From IMG/VR virus record IMGVR_UViG_3300028558_000024, positions 1 to 64,000 of that record: a stretch of DNA of 64,000 nucleotides; one strand, given 5' to 3'. The DNA comes from a virus. This document shows, in pieces, positions 49,007-58,798 of this stretch (the first letter of the stretch is position 1; every line of letters begins with the position of its first letter). A program made the position numbers and the translations under genes. The notes under the pieces are model-generated. The model was not told where the DNA came from. It made no database searches and saw nothing but the letters and a program-made list of their open reading frames with translations.

Positions 49007-50815
49007 ATGCTTTCACATCACGAATTTGTCCACTTAATCAAACAAGTCTGCGCGCAGCAAATGCAGGATATTCGCGCGGTCAGAATTGGACATATTTCGT
49101 CTTATGACAAGGCCACAAATCACGTCCGAGTCGTTATGCCTGATTTGACCGATCAAAACGGCGTGCCGATTGTTTCTCCTTGGATGCCTTTAGGCGTTCC
49201 AATGGTCGGAGCTGGGTTTGGAATGCTCTATTATCCGCACGGCGGAGCAACTCCAGATAATCCGGCTATTGGTGAGCAAGTCACTGTCCTACTTTTGGAA
49301 AGAGATTCTGGCTTTTCATTCTCGGCCAGTATGCACTATACAAGCATTCAGCCACCGCCGACGCCGACTGATTTCCAGCCCGGAGAGTTTTTAATCCGGC
49401 ATGAGTCAAGCGCGTTTGTCCGCATGTACAAAAATGGCGATATTGGTATAAGCGCTGCAAATGACATGTTTTTGCTCGCCGCCAATGATGTGACGGTAGC
49501 GGCGGGCCGCGATCTCAATCTTTCAGCCCAAAGAGACATCATTGCTCTTGCCGGTCAAAATATAACCGGAGAAGCCGATAAGGAAAGTATCCAATTCACG
49601 GCCAAAAAGAACTTCACCGTTCAGGCTGAGCGAAATATCTCAATGGCGGCGGAAGAAGATTTCAATGCACTTGCATCAAAAGACATGAGCTTAACCGCTC
49701 AGGAAAATCTCGATGCAAATGCCAAGAAGGTTTCAATTCAGGCATCAGACGACGCGAGCCTGTTGGCTACAAAGACAATCACTATCGCAGGCGGAACGTC
49801 TGTCACGACAAGCGCCAGAACGGTAACAATCGACGCCGATACAACAGCTCGGATTCAAGGCGGACAACACGCTTATTTAACAGCGGCGGCCGTCAATATC
49901 TATGCTGCCAAAGATCTGGGTCCGTCCATTTCAACAACTCTTTCAACTAGGACAAGGCCAGCCACCCAAGAGGCTATTTCCGATATCAAGATAAACGGAA
50001 AGTCGGTAAGCATTTTGCGCGGAGCCGTTGCCCGCATCTTCAATCAAAACGATGTCGCTGCCGGCAATCAAAAAGGCATTCCAATTATGAATGGTCCGGC
50101 AAATGCTGAGATCATTCTAGGTGGTCGAACTGTCACAACTCAAAATCCTGCTTTTAGCGAAGCGAAAGACGGTGAGGTTATCGTTGATGCAGACAATTTC
50201 ATCAAACTCAACTCAAAGAAAAAGATCGACATAATTGCAAAAACCAATCTGAAAATCGACTCGCAAGATGCTGTCATCAATTCAAGCCGGACAATGGCTA
50301 TTTCTTCTCCAAGTATCAAAATTCGCGCCATAAACCAGACCGACTCAGATTTGACCTTGCTTGGAAGCCGAATAAATATCTCAACAAGCTCAGATTTCAC
50401 CGATACCGCATACAAGCAAATTGGAATTACCACTCCGACAGATGGCGATATGCTTTTAACAAGTGGCGGCAAACTGACAGCGGTCATTGCTGACGAGATT
50501 GATATTTCATCGACAAATGATTGCTCGATTCATACAACTGGCGGCGGGAATTTGTTCCTCGGCCTTGCGCAAGCAGGACCAATTACAATCGATTGCAATA
50601 ATACGATGTCGATTTTGAGCGCGTCAGGTGTTGCCACGACATTGATTGGCGGACAAGGCATCAATACCTTCAAGAAGCTCATGACAGAGGATTTCCTGGA
50701 TCTTTACAATGCTCACGAGCATAGCGGTATATTCCCAGGCAGCGGAAATTCTGGCGCACCTTTGACGCCGGGAACCGCAGATGTGTATTGCACTCACGTC
50801 TTGGAGGCTGCTTAA
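49007..50815 (+). CDS. baseplate spike (gpV-like) with a long beta-helix
   Basis: N-terminal OB-fold (ISSYD...SPWMP...GEQV), 8-aa periodic beta repeats, C-terminal HEH motif. Confidence 0.8.
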   Translation: MLSHHEFVHLIKQVCAQQMQDIRAVRIGHISSYDKATNHVRVVMPDLTDQNGVPIVSPWMPLGVPMVGAGFGMLYYPHGGATPDNPAIGEQVTVLLLERDSGFSFSASMHYTSIQPPPTPTDFQPGEFLIRHESSAFVRMYKNGDIGISAANDMFLLAANDVTVAAGRDLNLSAQRDIIALAGQNITGEADKESIQFTAKKNFTVQAERNISMAAEEDFNALASKDMSLTAQENLDANAKKVSIQASDDASLLATKTITIAGGTSVTTSARTVTIDADTTARIQGGQHAYLTAAAVNIYAAKDLGPSISTTLSTRTRPATQEAISDIKINGKSVSILRGAVARIFNQNDVAAGNQKGIPIMNGPANAEIILGGRTVTTQNPAFSEAKDGEVIVDADNFIKLNSKKKIDIIAKTNLKIDSQDAVINSSRTMAISSPSIKIRAINQTDSDLTLLGSRINISTSSDFTDTAYKQIGITTPTDGDMLLTSGGKLTAVIADEIDISSTNDCSIHTTGGGNLFLGLAQAGPITIDCNNTMSILSASGVATTLIGGQGINTFKKLMTEDFLDLYNAHEHSGIFPGSGNSGAPLTPGTADVYCTHVLEAA

Positions 50816-50842
50816 TTGATTTAGGCAATTGGAGATCTAAAA

Positions 50843-51196
50843 GTGGCAAACGGCGAAGTATTAGACACACTCTCTTCCGGCGCAGAGGAATGGCAGCTCA
50901 TTAGATTTCTTGATGAGGTCAGCGCAGCGGCAGACTCTGATTGGCTTGAAGCGCATATATTCCGCGACGGAACGCTTGATGTTAAGACTTCTGGCTCGCC
51001 GACATTCTCAATCAGCGTCCAAGGCTGCAATGATGATGGGAAGCCGAGCATAAACTATATCGGTCCCAACTTGATTTCGGCAATAACCGCAATCGGTATC
51101 TACGACCTGGCCAAGCTGCCCGTTCGCTGGATAAGAGTCAAGACAACTTATTCCGGCTCCGGAACAATCTCCGTTAACGGAAATCTCTGCACTTAA
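50843..51196 (+). CDS. small beta-sandwich virion protein, probable paralog of 34693..35046
   Basis: 117 aa; MANG start, DSDWL, VQGCND, RWIRV. Confidence 0.55.
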   Translation: MANGEVLDTLSSGAEEWQLIRFLDEVSAAADSDWLEAHIFRDGTLDVKTSGSPTFSISVQGCNDDGKPSINYIGPNLISAITAIGIYDLAKLPVRWIRVKTTYSGSGTISVNGNLCT

Positions 51197-51612
51197 TGAC
51201 GACTTTCGCCCTTGATACAAACGGCGATTTGATCCGCACCGATAGCGGCTCATATTTGCTTGTTGACGGGCTTAATGAAATCACGGAACGCATAATCCGG
51301 CGAGCAGTTACAAATCCTTCTGGAGTCTCGGCAACAGGTCAGGCAATTGCCGGAGATTACATTTATCACCCAGATTATGGTCTTGGCTTGGCCGCTTATG
51401 TCGAGGGAGTCACAACTTCCGATATTTTCCAGAAGCTGAGTAGCATCATCAGGCAAGCAGTTCTTGAAGATATTGGCACGGACAAGAATTTTGAGCCGGA
51501 AGTCATTGCAGTCGAGCAGACCTTTGACACTCTTTCCATTGGTACAAAGTTTCGCACCGTCAACGGCGAGCAGGGCGATTTTACTTTGGATTTCCAACTC
51601 CCCTCCCCATAA
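51196..51612 (+). CDS. baseplate wedge protein (gp25/gpW-like)
   Basis: GDL...RIIRRAVTNP...HPDYGLGL. Confidence 0.78.
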   Translation: MTTFALDTNGDLIRTDSGSYLLVDGLNEITERIIRRAVTNPSGVSATGQAIAGDYIYHPDYGLGLAAYVEGVTTSDIFQKLSSIIRQAVLEDIGTDKNFEPEVIAVEQTFDTLSIGTKFRTVNGEQGDFTLDFQLPSP

Positions 51613-51645
51613 GCTGAATTTAGCTTTTGCGGGGAGACTGGGCAT

Positions 51646-52800
51646 TTGGCGATCGTTGTCAAAACACATGCGAAGTTCGTTTCGGACATGGCCGCATCTT
51701 GGGCGGCGGATCTTGGCATTGAGCCGTCATTGCCTGAAGGCGATCCGGTTCTTGCGTGGTTTGAAAGTGTCGCATCCCAATTAGAAAACGTTCTCGGGCA
51801 AATTCAGGTTATTAACGCCTTTGCAAGAGCCTCAACCGCAAATGGCGCTGATTTGGACAGTTTCTTTGACGGCGACTTTGGTTTTCCGCGACTGCAGCCG
51901 CAGAAAGCAAACGGAATCGTCACCTTCTCTTTGAGAAGTATTAGAAATACCGCGACTGTCATCAATTTGGGCTCCCTTGTTCAAAACGCCGATGGAAGCC
52001 AAGTTTTTGAAGTTATCGCAGATACAAATATTGCGGGTTGGTCTTCCGAGCAAAATGCATATCTCATCCCGTCCGGGCAGCTCTCAGTAGATGCCCGCGT
52101 CAGGGCTTTACTAGCGGGCAGTGGCGGCGACCTCCAACCCGGTAAAGTGATTTCCATAATCACAGGCAATGCCGACGCAGTAACAAACGAAAACGCCTTC
52201 TCGGGCGGCACAGACGTTGAGACTGATGCAGATTATAGAAAACGCTTCCCGCTTTGGATAAATTCACGGTCGAAAGCGACGAGAGATGCGATTTTTGAAG
52301 CCGTTATTGAATTGGTTCCAAACGTCAAACTCGTCGAGAACCGCAGACCTCCAACCGAGGATGTTCCCGATGGTCCCGAAGAAGAAGCATATTTCACCGT
52401 CATTATTGACGACGGCACGGGCGATCCGCCTGATTCATTGATAACTCTCGTCACTCAAGCAGTCGAGGCAGTTCGCGGTTTTACGATTGAATTTTCGGTA
52501 ATTAAGCCGCAAGCCGAAGATCTTCAAGTTGCCATGACAATCAACGTCGATCCTGATTTTGAGGAAGGCACTGTCTCGGGCAATGTTAGAACGGCCCTTT
52601 TTGAATATGTGAATGGTCTTGAAATTGGCAAATCGCTTTATCTATCAAAACTCATTACAGTCGCGTCAAATGTTGAAGGTGTCTTAAATGTTGAGGCTGA
52701 GTCAACAACTGTAAACACCCTTGAGCAAGACTTTGTGGCAACGCAATTCCAAGTTTTGAGACTTGCCGAAGAAGATTTGGCCGTTACGGTTGATTCATAA
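51646..52800 (+). CDS. baseplate J-like protein
   Basis: STANGADLD...GGTDVETDADYRKR...IGKSLYLSKL. Confidence 0.88.
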   Translation: MAIVVKTHAKFVSDMAASWAADLGIEPSLPEGDPVLAWFESVASQLENVLGQIQVINAFARASTANGADLDSFFDGDFGFPRLQPQKANGIVTFSLRSIRNTATVINLGSLVQNADGSQVFEVIADTNIAGWSSEQNAYLIPSGQLSVDARVRALLAGSGGDLQPGKVISIITGNADAVTNENAFSGGTDVETDADYRKRFPLWINSRSKATRDAIFEAVIELVPNVKLVENRRPPTEDVPDGPEEEAYFTVIIDDGTGDPPDSLITLVTQAVEAVRGFTIEFSVIKPQAEDLQVAMTINVDPDFEEGTVSGNVRTALFEYVNGLEIGKSLYLSKLITVASNVEGVLNVEAESTTVNTLEQDFVATQFQVLRLAEEDLAVTVDS

Positions 52801-54176
52801 TGACTTCTGAAAGATCGACCAATCTCCCGACTATTGATGCGGATGCATGGGCAGTCCGTATTCTCGACGTTTTCCCTGAAGCATGGTCAAACAGTGCTTC
52901 GCGGAATCCCGGCGGCGAAATTTACGCCTTGATGAAAGCAGTCGGAGAAGAATTAGACATCTTCAACAAGAATCTTCAGTATGTTTTGGATGCTTCAAGA
53001 ATAAGCACCGCAACAGATGAGGCGCTTGATCGAGTTGCGCAGGACTATTACGGCCCGACAGCAGTTGCAAAACAGGAAATTATCCGAGCGCCTGGTGAGG
53101 ATGACGACACTTTCCGCGCCCGTATCAAAGCCAGTCTTCTCCTGCCTTTAGGCACAAGAGCCGCAATCATTGAACTCATAACTAGACTGACCGGTCAAGC
53201 TCCAAGAGTCATGGAACCATGGAATCTCAACGATACGGCCGCTTGGGATGCCTTTAGTTATTGGGATATTGACACGGTCGACAACCCTTCAAGGTACGCC
53301 GATCCTTCTTTGCGCGGACAAGGTTTTGTCGAGTCACCTTTGCCCAATTTCCAGGGCGATGGCATCCCCAATCCGCTTTGGTGTTACGACGAAGGCGCTT
53401 GTTATGACACCTTTTCGGCATACTGGCTTGATGCTAGTTCGACATGGTTTTTGAATATCAAGAAGTTGGACGATCTTCTAAACAAGACGAAAGTCTTTGG
53501 AACGAGGATTTGGCGCAGATATTTAAGTCAACCTCTAACGTCTTGGGCTCTTGGTGGTTCAAAAGGGGTTGTTGAAGACGCTTTGTTTACGGAGATTGAG
53601 GTATTTCCTCAATTTGCCAATACCTTCTCGGTAATTGCCTCAGCTAATTGGAACACGTCAATTGATGTTGATTACATATCCAACAGCAAATTCAGGCTGA
53701 CTTTCGGAACTCCGCCTCCGCCTGGCGGCGGTTCAGTTGATTGGCTTGCGGCTCCTGTCACTGTGCCGGGATTTGCCACTATTCCGATGAATATTGGACA
53801 GACCGAAATGGATATTACCGTTGTTCCGGAATTGCTTGGCCGCAATTTGTTTGTCTCTCCAAACTGGAACTCGAGCTTTTGGATGACTGCGACAGATGTC
53901 GAGAATAAATCAGTTGAGTTTGATGTTCCTGCGCCGAATTTCGGACAAGTTTCGACGGTTCTTATAGCTCAAGACAAGAGCGGTTTTGAAAGCGTTGAGC
54001 CCGGAACGGTTGAGACAATCGTCAATTTGGATGCGAAGACACCCTATCAGGCTTTTGTAATTCCTTCATGGAACACAATTTGCGAGATAGACAAGTCCGA
54101 CGATCACATCACAGTCAAATATTCGACGCCACCAACAGAAGCAGGAATTATCTTTTGGGGCTTCCACGACGTCTAA
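52800..54176 (+). CDS. baseplate gpI-like protein with three C-terminal repeats
   Basis: RISTATDEALD...GEDDDTFRARI...GTRAAI; three WN(T/S)-containing units. Confidence 0.72.
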   Translation: MTSERSTNLPTIDADAWAVRILDVFPEAWSNSASRNPGGEIYALMKAVGEELDIFNKNLQYVLDASRISTATDEALDRVAQDYYGPTAVAKQEIIRAPGEDDDTFRARIKASLLLPLGTRAAIIELITRLTGQAPRVMEPWNLNDTAAWDAFSYWDIDTVDNPSRYADPSLRGQGFVESPLPNFQGDGIPNPLWCYDEGACYDTFSAYWLDASSTWFLNIKKLDDLLNKTKVFGTRIWRRYLSQPLTSWALGGSKGVVEDALFTEIEVFPQFANTFSVIASANWNTSIDVDYISNSKFRLTFGTPPPPGGGSVDWLAAPVTVPGFATIPMNIGQTEMDITVVPELLGRNLFVSPNWNSSFWMTATDVENKSVEFDVPAPNFGQVSTVLIAQDKSGFESVEPGTVETIVNLDAKTPYQAFVIPSWNTICEIDKSDDHITVKYSTPPTEAGIIFWGFHDV

Positions 54177-54184
54177 AGTTAGTT

Positions 54185-54217
54185 TTGCCTTGAGACAAAC
54201 CCGCCAATACGCTTGAT
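54185..54217 (+). promoter_or_regulatory. putative promoter of the fibre operon
   Basis: TTGCCT-N17-TACGCT(TGAT), matching the element at 41375. Confidence 0.5.
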
Positions 54218-54243
54218 CCAGAATCTCTGGAGTAAAAGAAAGC

Positions 54244-55500
54244 GTGGACCGGCCAAAAATCTATTCGCAGGCTAATATCCGAATCTTCGATCATGCCAAA
54301 GGTTGGCAAGACATGCTCAAAGGCTTCGGTGGACTTGCAGAAGATCTTTTTGGCGGCACCGTCACGATCATTACAAAGTTTGTTGCGACCCAACAGAGTC
54401 CGGCTTCGCTAATCATCAATCTCACCGAAGGCAGGACTTACCAGCTTTCTGCAATAGATGGAACGGCTTACTCTTCACTGCCCGCCAATTCGGAAATCAT
54501 ATATCAACAAGGTTATGCACCGGCTCAAACGCTCACCTTTAACACCTCTGGATTGACTTCCGGGCAATCAAAATATGCCCTTGTCGTTTGCAGATTTACT
54601 CAACCCGACGAAATAAGGCCCGACGATCCTACAGACGGTGTCTTGGCTTTCTTTAACGCAGCAAATCCGGCCCAACCTCTTCAAGGCCCTGGAAATTCTG
54701 GCGCAGCGTTAACAACTGTCCGCAAAGGATTGGCAGAAGTTTCTATCGTTTATGGAACGGCGGCCACAACGGGAACTCAAACACCACCGCCAGTACCGGC
54801 CGGCTACGTACCAATGTATTTGGTTTCTATAGCCTTTGGACAAACCGCAATCACAACAGGACAGATTGAAGTTTCCGGTCCCGACGCTCACCCCAGCGCC
54901 GAAGTAGCACCGTTTGCCGGTGGACTTTATAGCCACCGGCATACAGGTGTTGTCGGGCAAGCCCATCAAATCGATCTCGAGTCAGAGGTGACAGGCGTTT
55001 TGCCTTTTGATAATTTGCTGATGACTTCAAATGCCTCGGCCGGAAAGATTCCAAACTTAAGACTTGGAACTGGCGATCCAAATGGCACTTTGGCAGGCGG
55101 AGTTGGTGACGAGTACTTCCAAACTTCAACAAACGTTCTTTGGTTTTGCGTAACAGCCGGCAGCTCATCGACTGCTGTTTGGTCGCCGTCCGGTCCTGTC
55201 GCTCCGCAGATTTACAGCTCTTTCCCTCTGGTTTTAACGCAAACGAGCGGAACGTCCGGGCTGAACATGTCGGCTGATGGAAATATCACTCTGCCTGATA
55301 CGGCCTTGGCATGGGAACTCAAAATCGCCCGCACCGATTCAAACACTGGAGTCATTGGCACGCTGATTCCTCATGCTGGCGATAGTTTCCTGAGTGGCGC
55401 CTCTTCTCTGACGATAGATTCCGGCGATGTTTGGCATCTTCAATCGATTGTCGGCGCGAACAAAATCTTAGTTTTGAGTCAATTCAAAGGTGGAGTGTAA
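54244..55500 (+). CDS. tail fibre protein (baseplate-attached)
   Basis: MDRPKIY...FFNAANPAQPLQGP...GTAATTGTQTPP attachment domain; GDPNGTLAG..GDEY module. Confidence 0.75.
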   Translation: MDRPKIYSQANIRIFDHAKGWQDMLKGFGGLAEDLFGGTVTIITKFVATQQSPASLIINLTEGRTYQLSAIDGTAYSSLPANSEIIYQQGYAPAQTLTFNTSGLTSGQSKYALVVCRFTQPDEIRPDDPTDGVLAFFNAANPAQPLQGPGNSGAALTTVRKGLAEVSIVYGTAATTGTQTPPPVPAGYVPMYLVSIAFGQTAITTGQIEVSGPDAHPSAEVAPFAGGLYSHRHTGVVGQAHQIDLESEVTGVLPFDNLLMTSNASAGKIPNLRLGTGDPNGTLAGGVGDEYFQTSTNVLWFCVTAGSSSTAVWSPSGPVAPQIYSSFPLVLTQTSGTSGLNMSADGNITLPDTALAWELKIARTDSNTGVIGTLIPHAGDSFLSGASSLTIDSGDVWHLQSIVGANKILVLSQFKGGV

Positions 55501-56624
55501 TGTTTAGGAAATTTCTTGCGCCCTTGATGGTCGCGCTTATTTTGTCGTCAACACTTTCGGCCTCCGCCGAATACCGATCAAGGTCTGTCGATTTTGGCGG
55601 TGACGGAAGATTGGGCAATGTGGCCATTTCTTCGAACACTTCCGAAACTTCGACGGTGCAAAAGAATTATGCCGGTCTGACGGTAAACAATTCGATTACT
55701 TATAGCCTCAAACATGGCTCGGTAATTAATTGCGTTAATACGCTGACGGTTAATGGAACCCTTCTTGTTCTGGCTGGATTCCCTGGCGGAGCAGCCAGCA
55801 CTGGACGTCTTGCAACGTCTGGAGCTGGCGCTGGCGGCGGTCAGGCTCCGGCTGTTTCTAACAAAAATAATTCCGGTTCAGGCGGCGGCGGCAATGGTGG
55901 CAATGGTGGAAACGGAGGCAACAATACCTCTGGCACTTCTCCCAGCAATGGCGGCCGCGCAATTGGCGGTCCTGACTGGACGTATGGCGGCGGCGGTGGC
56001 GCCGGACAGGCTGATTCATCATCCGATCTTGGAACTGTTGGCGGGGACGGTGCCGGATCTCTCCGGGTACTTGCAGTTAGATCTATTTCAATTCCTTCCG
56101 GTGGTCTAATTAAGGCCAATGGCGGAAATGGAACTTCCGGCTCTTTAAATACGACCGGATCAGGCGGTGGCGCAGGTGGACAAATTCTTCTCTATTCGCT
56201 CACTTCCATTGTCAACAATGGTGGCATCGAGGCGAAAGGCGGCAACGGTGGAAACGGCGTCGGCTCTGGTAACGCAGGCGGAGGTGGTGGCGGAGGCGGC
56301 GTGGTCCTTCAATTTGCTCCCGTGACGAGCGGCAGCGGCACGATTACGCTGACCGGTGGAGCGCCGGGGACTGGTCAAACGCAAATGACCTCGGGCGGAA
56401 CTGGCGTCTCAATCACTATCAATGATTATCCGAATTTGCCTTTGATCGGCGAAGTTGATTTCCGTATGGGCGAGATCTGCAAAATGGCTCGCAAAAATGG
56501 TGGCAGCATTGTCATAAATGATATCGAGCCCTTCCTGGCTGCATTGCCTCAGCCTGATACTTTCCACGGCTCACGCGATTTGATGCCTTTGGCTATTTTG
56601 AATCGGAGAAAATATGCTGCGTAA
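55500..56624 (+). CDS. glycine-rich fibre-like protein with an N-terminal signal peptide
   Basis: Start ATG 55500 (TAATG coupling, SD GGAG); MFRKFLAPLMVALILSSTLSASA; FGGDG...Gly-rich domain. Confidence 0.7.
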   Translation: MFRKFLAPLMVALILSSTLSASAEYRSRSVDFGGDGRLGNVAISSNTSETSTVQKNYAGLTVNNSITYSLKHGSVINCVNTLTVNGTLLVLAGFPGGAASTGRLATSGAGAGGGQAPAVSNKNNSGSGGGGNGGNGGNGGNNTSGTSPSNGGRAIGGPDWTYGGGGGAGQADSSSDLGTVGGDGAGSLRVLAVRSISIPSGGLIKANGGNGTSGSLNTTGSGGGAGGQILLYSLTSIVNNGGIEAKGGNGGNGVGSGNAGGGGGGGGVVLQFAPVTSGSGTITLTGGAPGTGQTQMTSGGTGVSITINDYPNLPLIGEVDFRMGEICKMARKNGGSIVINDIEPFLAALPQPDTFHGSRDLMPLAILNRRKYAA

Positions 56625-58743
56625 AAGCCTTTTACTGGCTGCAATTCTTTCATTTTTGACTGCACCTCAAGCGGCCAAGGCGGATGATGTCGGCTTGTTT
56701 TTCCGCAAGCCTGCCGATGTTGGTGCGCCCGTTGTAAATAAAACAATGGTCGTTGATCCGACTGACGGAGCGCTCAAAGTTTATGGCTCGCTTGGATGGG
56801 CAAATAAGACTTTGCCTCAAGCCGCCCTCGACGCTTCGACAGCTCCGACAATCAATGACGATTCAGGCGATGGATACTCAATTGGTTCTTTCTGGTTTGA
56901 TTCAGTTTCCGGTCAATTCTATGTCTGCACGGATGCAACTCTTGGAGCCGCTTCCTGGGCGCTCATTACGTCGGGAACCGTTTCGCCGACTGATTTAACT
57001 AATGCGACAAAAACGAAGCTTACAACCGCCGACATCTTCTCCGATTTCAAAGTTTCCGGATTTGGTTCCACAGATCCTGGCGCAGTTTTAGCAATGACAA
57101 CTCCTTCCGGCGTTGCCTATGCTGGCGGAGTGCGTGTTTCGTATGGCTCAAATGCTCACACTTACACCGCTTCAAAAGATACCTATGACTATCTGCAAAG
57201 CGACGGAACGACCAATCATATTGCCGTAAACAATGGCGCATCAGCTCCAACCGGTCAGCCCGGATTGTTGCTTCAAAAGGTTGTCACGAATGGGACCGAA
57301 ATAACTGCAGTCACAACGCTTGCACCGGCAACTCCAACTTTCAGCGTCGGCACGGCCACTTTAAGCACCGACGCTCTTGGTCTTGGACAAGCAAATACGC
57401 TTTATGCGCCGATTTCTTTTACGACTTCAAAAACTCAGGCTTATGTTTATTGCGTCCAGGACAGCGCCGACGGCGTTCCAAACTTCCGTCTTTTGACCAA
57501 TGGTCATTTGCCTGTCGTTAACGTCGCTCATGGTGGCATGGGAACTGCTGTAACGCCAAATGCGCTCGGTCTTTATTATTCCAATGGAACAACTGGCGCT
57601 CTTGTTTCTGCGCCGGCAGCTGCTTTCTCTATTCCAATCACAAACTCAGGAAATACGGGCTGGGAATATATCACCAAAGACGATCTAGCCACTTACATTG
57701 GCGGTGGTGGAGGAGGCGGCGGTTCAGATGAATCTTTCTTCGGCGGCGGAGGTACTGAGACTGGCTTGACCCAGGGCACAGGCACATTTATACATCCATT
57801 CACTACCGACAACACTACATTTTTGATCGATACGGGAAATACCGTCGACTATGCAAGTGGCACTGTTATTAATGCCAATTCGACAATAACCGTTACCGGA
57901 ACCCTGAATGTAACTGCCTCAGCTGCGGGCGGCGTTGGAACTTCAGACAAATCCTCAATGGAGCCAGGCGGCGGAGTTAACGGTGGACACGTTGGCCGAG
58001 TTGTTGATGTTGCAGCTGGCGGCGGCGGCGGTGGCTGTGGTGGTCACGGTGGGAACGGTGGATCGGTAACGTCGGGCACGATTGGTGGACTTGGAGGGCA
58101 GGCATTTGCTGAAGGCGATGCTTATTTGCTCCGTGGTCTAACCGGCTCTGGTGGCGCGGCTGGTGAAGCCGGTACAGGCGCTGGAGGTGACGGCGGAAAA
58201 GGCGGCGGCTTCCTTGCTCTTAATGCCGTAGGTTCAATCCTTGTCGACGGCGTCATAAATGCAAAAGGCGCCAATGGCTCGGCTGGAACTACCCAAGCAG
58301 GCGGCGGCGGAGCTGGATCGGGTGGAGTGGTTGAAATTGCAAGCCAAGCGTCAATTACAATTACCGGAACCGTCAATGTATCGGGCGGCAATGGCGGTGC
58401 TGGTGCCGGTTCAACCGACGGCGGCGGCGGAGCTGGCGGTGGCGGAATAGTGATTTTGATTGCTCCTTCTGTCGATTTTTCAGGCGGCACAATTACTTTG
58501 TCACACGGAACAGCCGGAACTCACGGCACTCAAACGGCCAGCGCCGGAACCGACGGCTTCATTCTAGAGATTGATGTGACTCCAAACGAGCCGATCAATT
58601 TGATTCATGGTTCTGGCGGGGCTTTCTTGCTTGATGAGGCTCGCAAAGAGCGACTTGCGACAGGTGCAAAAATCATTCGCTGGGACGCGGCCAAATATCA
58701 CGCCTTAATGAAGAAAGCTTTGACGATGCGTTCGGCTGGCTAG
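56614..58743 (+). CDS. glycine-rich tail-fibre-like protein with an N-terminal signal peptide
   Basis: SD GGAG; MLRKSLLLAAILSFLTAPQAAKA; APTINDDSGDGYSIGSFW fibre module; Gly-rich C-terminal domain. Confidence 0.72.
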   Translation: MLRKSLLLAAILSFLTAPQAAKADDVGLFFRKPADVGAPVVNKTMVVDPTDGALKVYGSLGWANKTLPQAALDASTAPTINDDSGDGYSIGSFWFDSVSGQFYVCTDATLGAASWALITSGTVSPTDLTNATKTKLTTADIFSDFKVSGFGSTDPGAVLAMTTPSGVAYAGGVRVSYGSNAHTYTASKDTYDYLQSDGTTNHIAVNNGASAPTGQPGLLLQKVVTNGTEITAVTTLAPATPTFSVGTATLSTDALGLGQANTLYAPISFTTSKTQAYVYCVQDSADGVPNFRLLTNGHLPVVNVAHGGMGTAVTPNALGLYYSNGTTGALVSAPAAAFSIPITNSGNTGWEYITKDDLATYIGGGGGGGGSDESFFGGGGTETGLTQGTGTFIHPFTTDNTTFLIDTGNTVDYASGTVINANSTITVTGTLNVTASAAGGVGTSDKSSMEPGGGVNGGHVGRVVDVAAGGGGGGCGGHGGNGGSVTSGTIGGLGGQAFAEGDAYLLRGLTGSGGAAGEAGTGAGGDGGKGGGFLALNAVGSILVDGVINAKGANGSAGTTQAGGGGAGSGGVVEIASQASITITGTVNVSGGNGGAGAGSTDGGGGAGGGGIVILIAPSVDFSGGTITLSHGTAGTHGTQTASAGTDGFILEIDVTPNEPINLIHGSGGAFLLDEARKERLATGAKIIRWDAAKYHALMKKALTMRSAG

Positions 58744-58798
58744 ATAGTAGATCTATCAAACCCCTCTATCGTCGAAACCCAAATTTTTCGGAGTTATC

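Noticed and set aside
41443-55500. Tailocin or extracellular contractile injection system
   Set aside because: Terminase, portal, scaffold and capsid genes are present, so this is a complete phage.
55800-58450. GGC-rich tracts as DNA repeats or DGR variable regions
   Set aside because: They are explained by Gly codons; no reverse transcriptase or template/variable repeat pair was seen.
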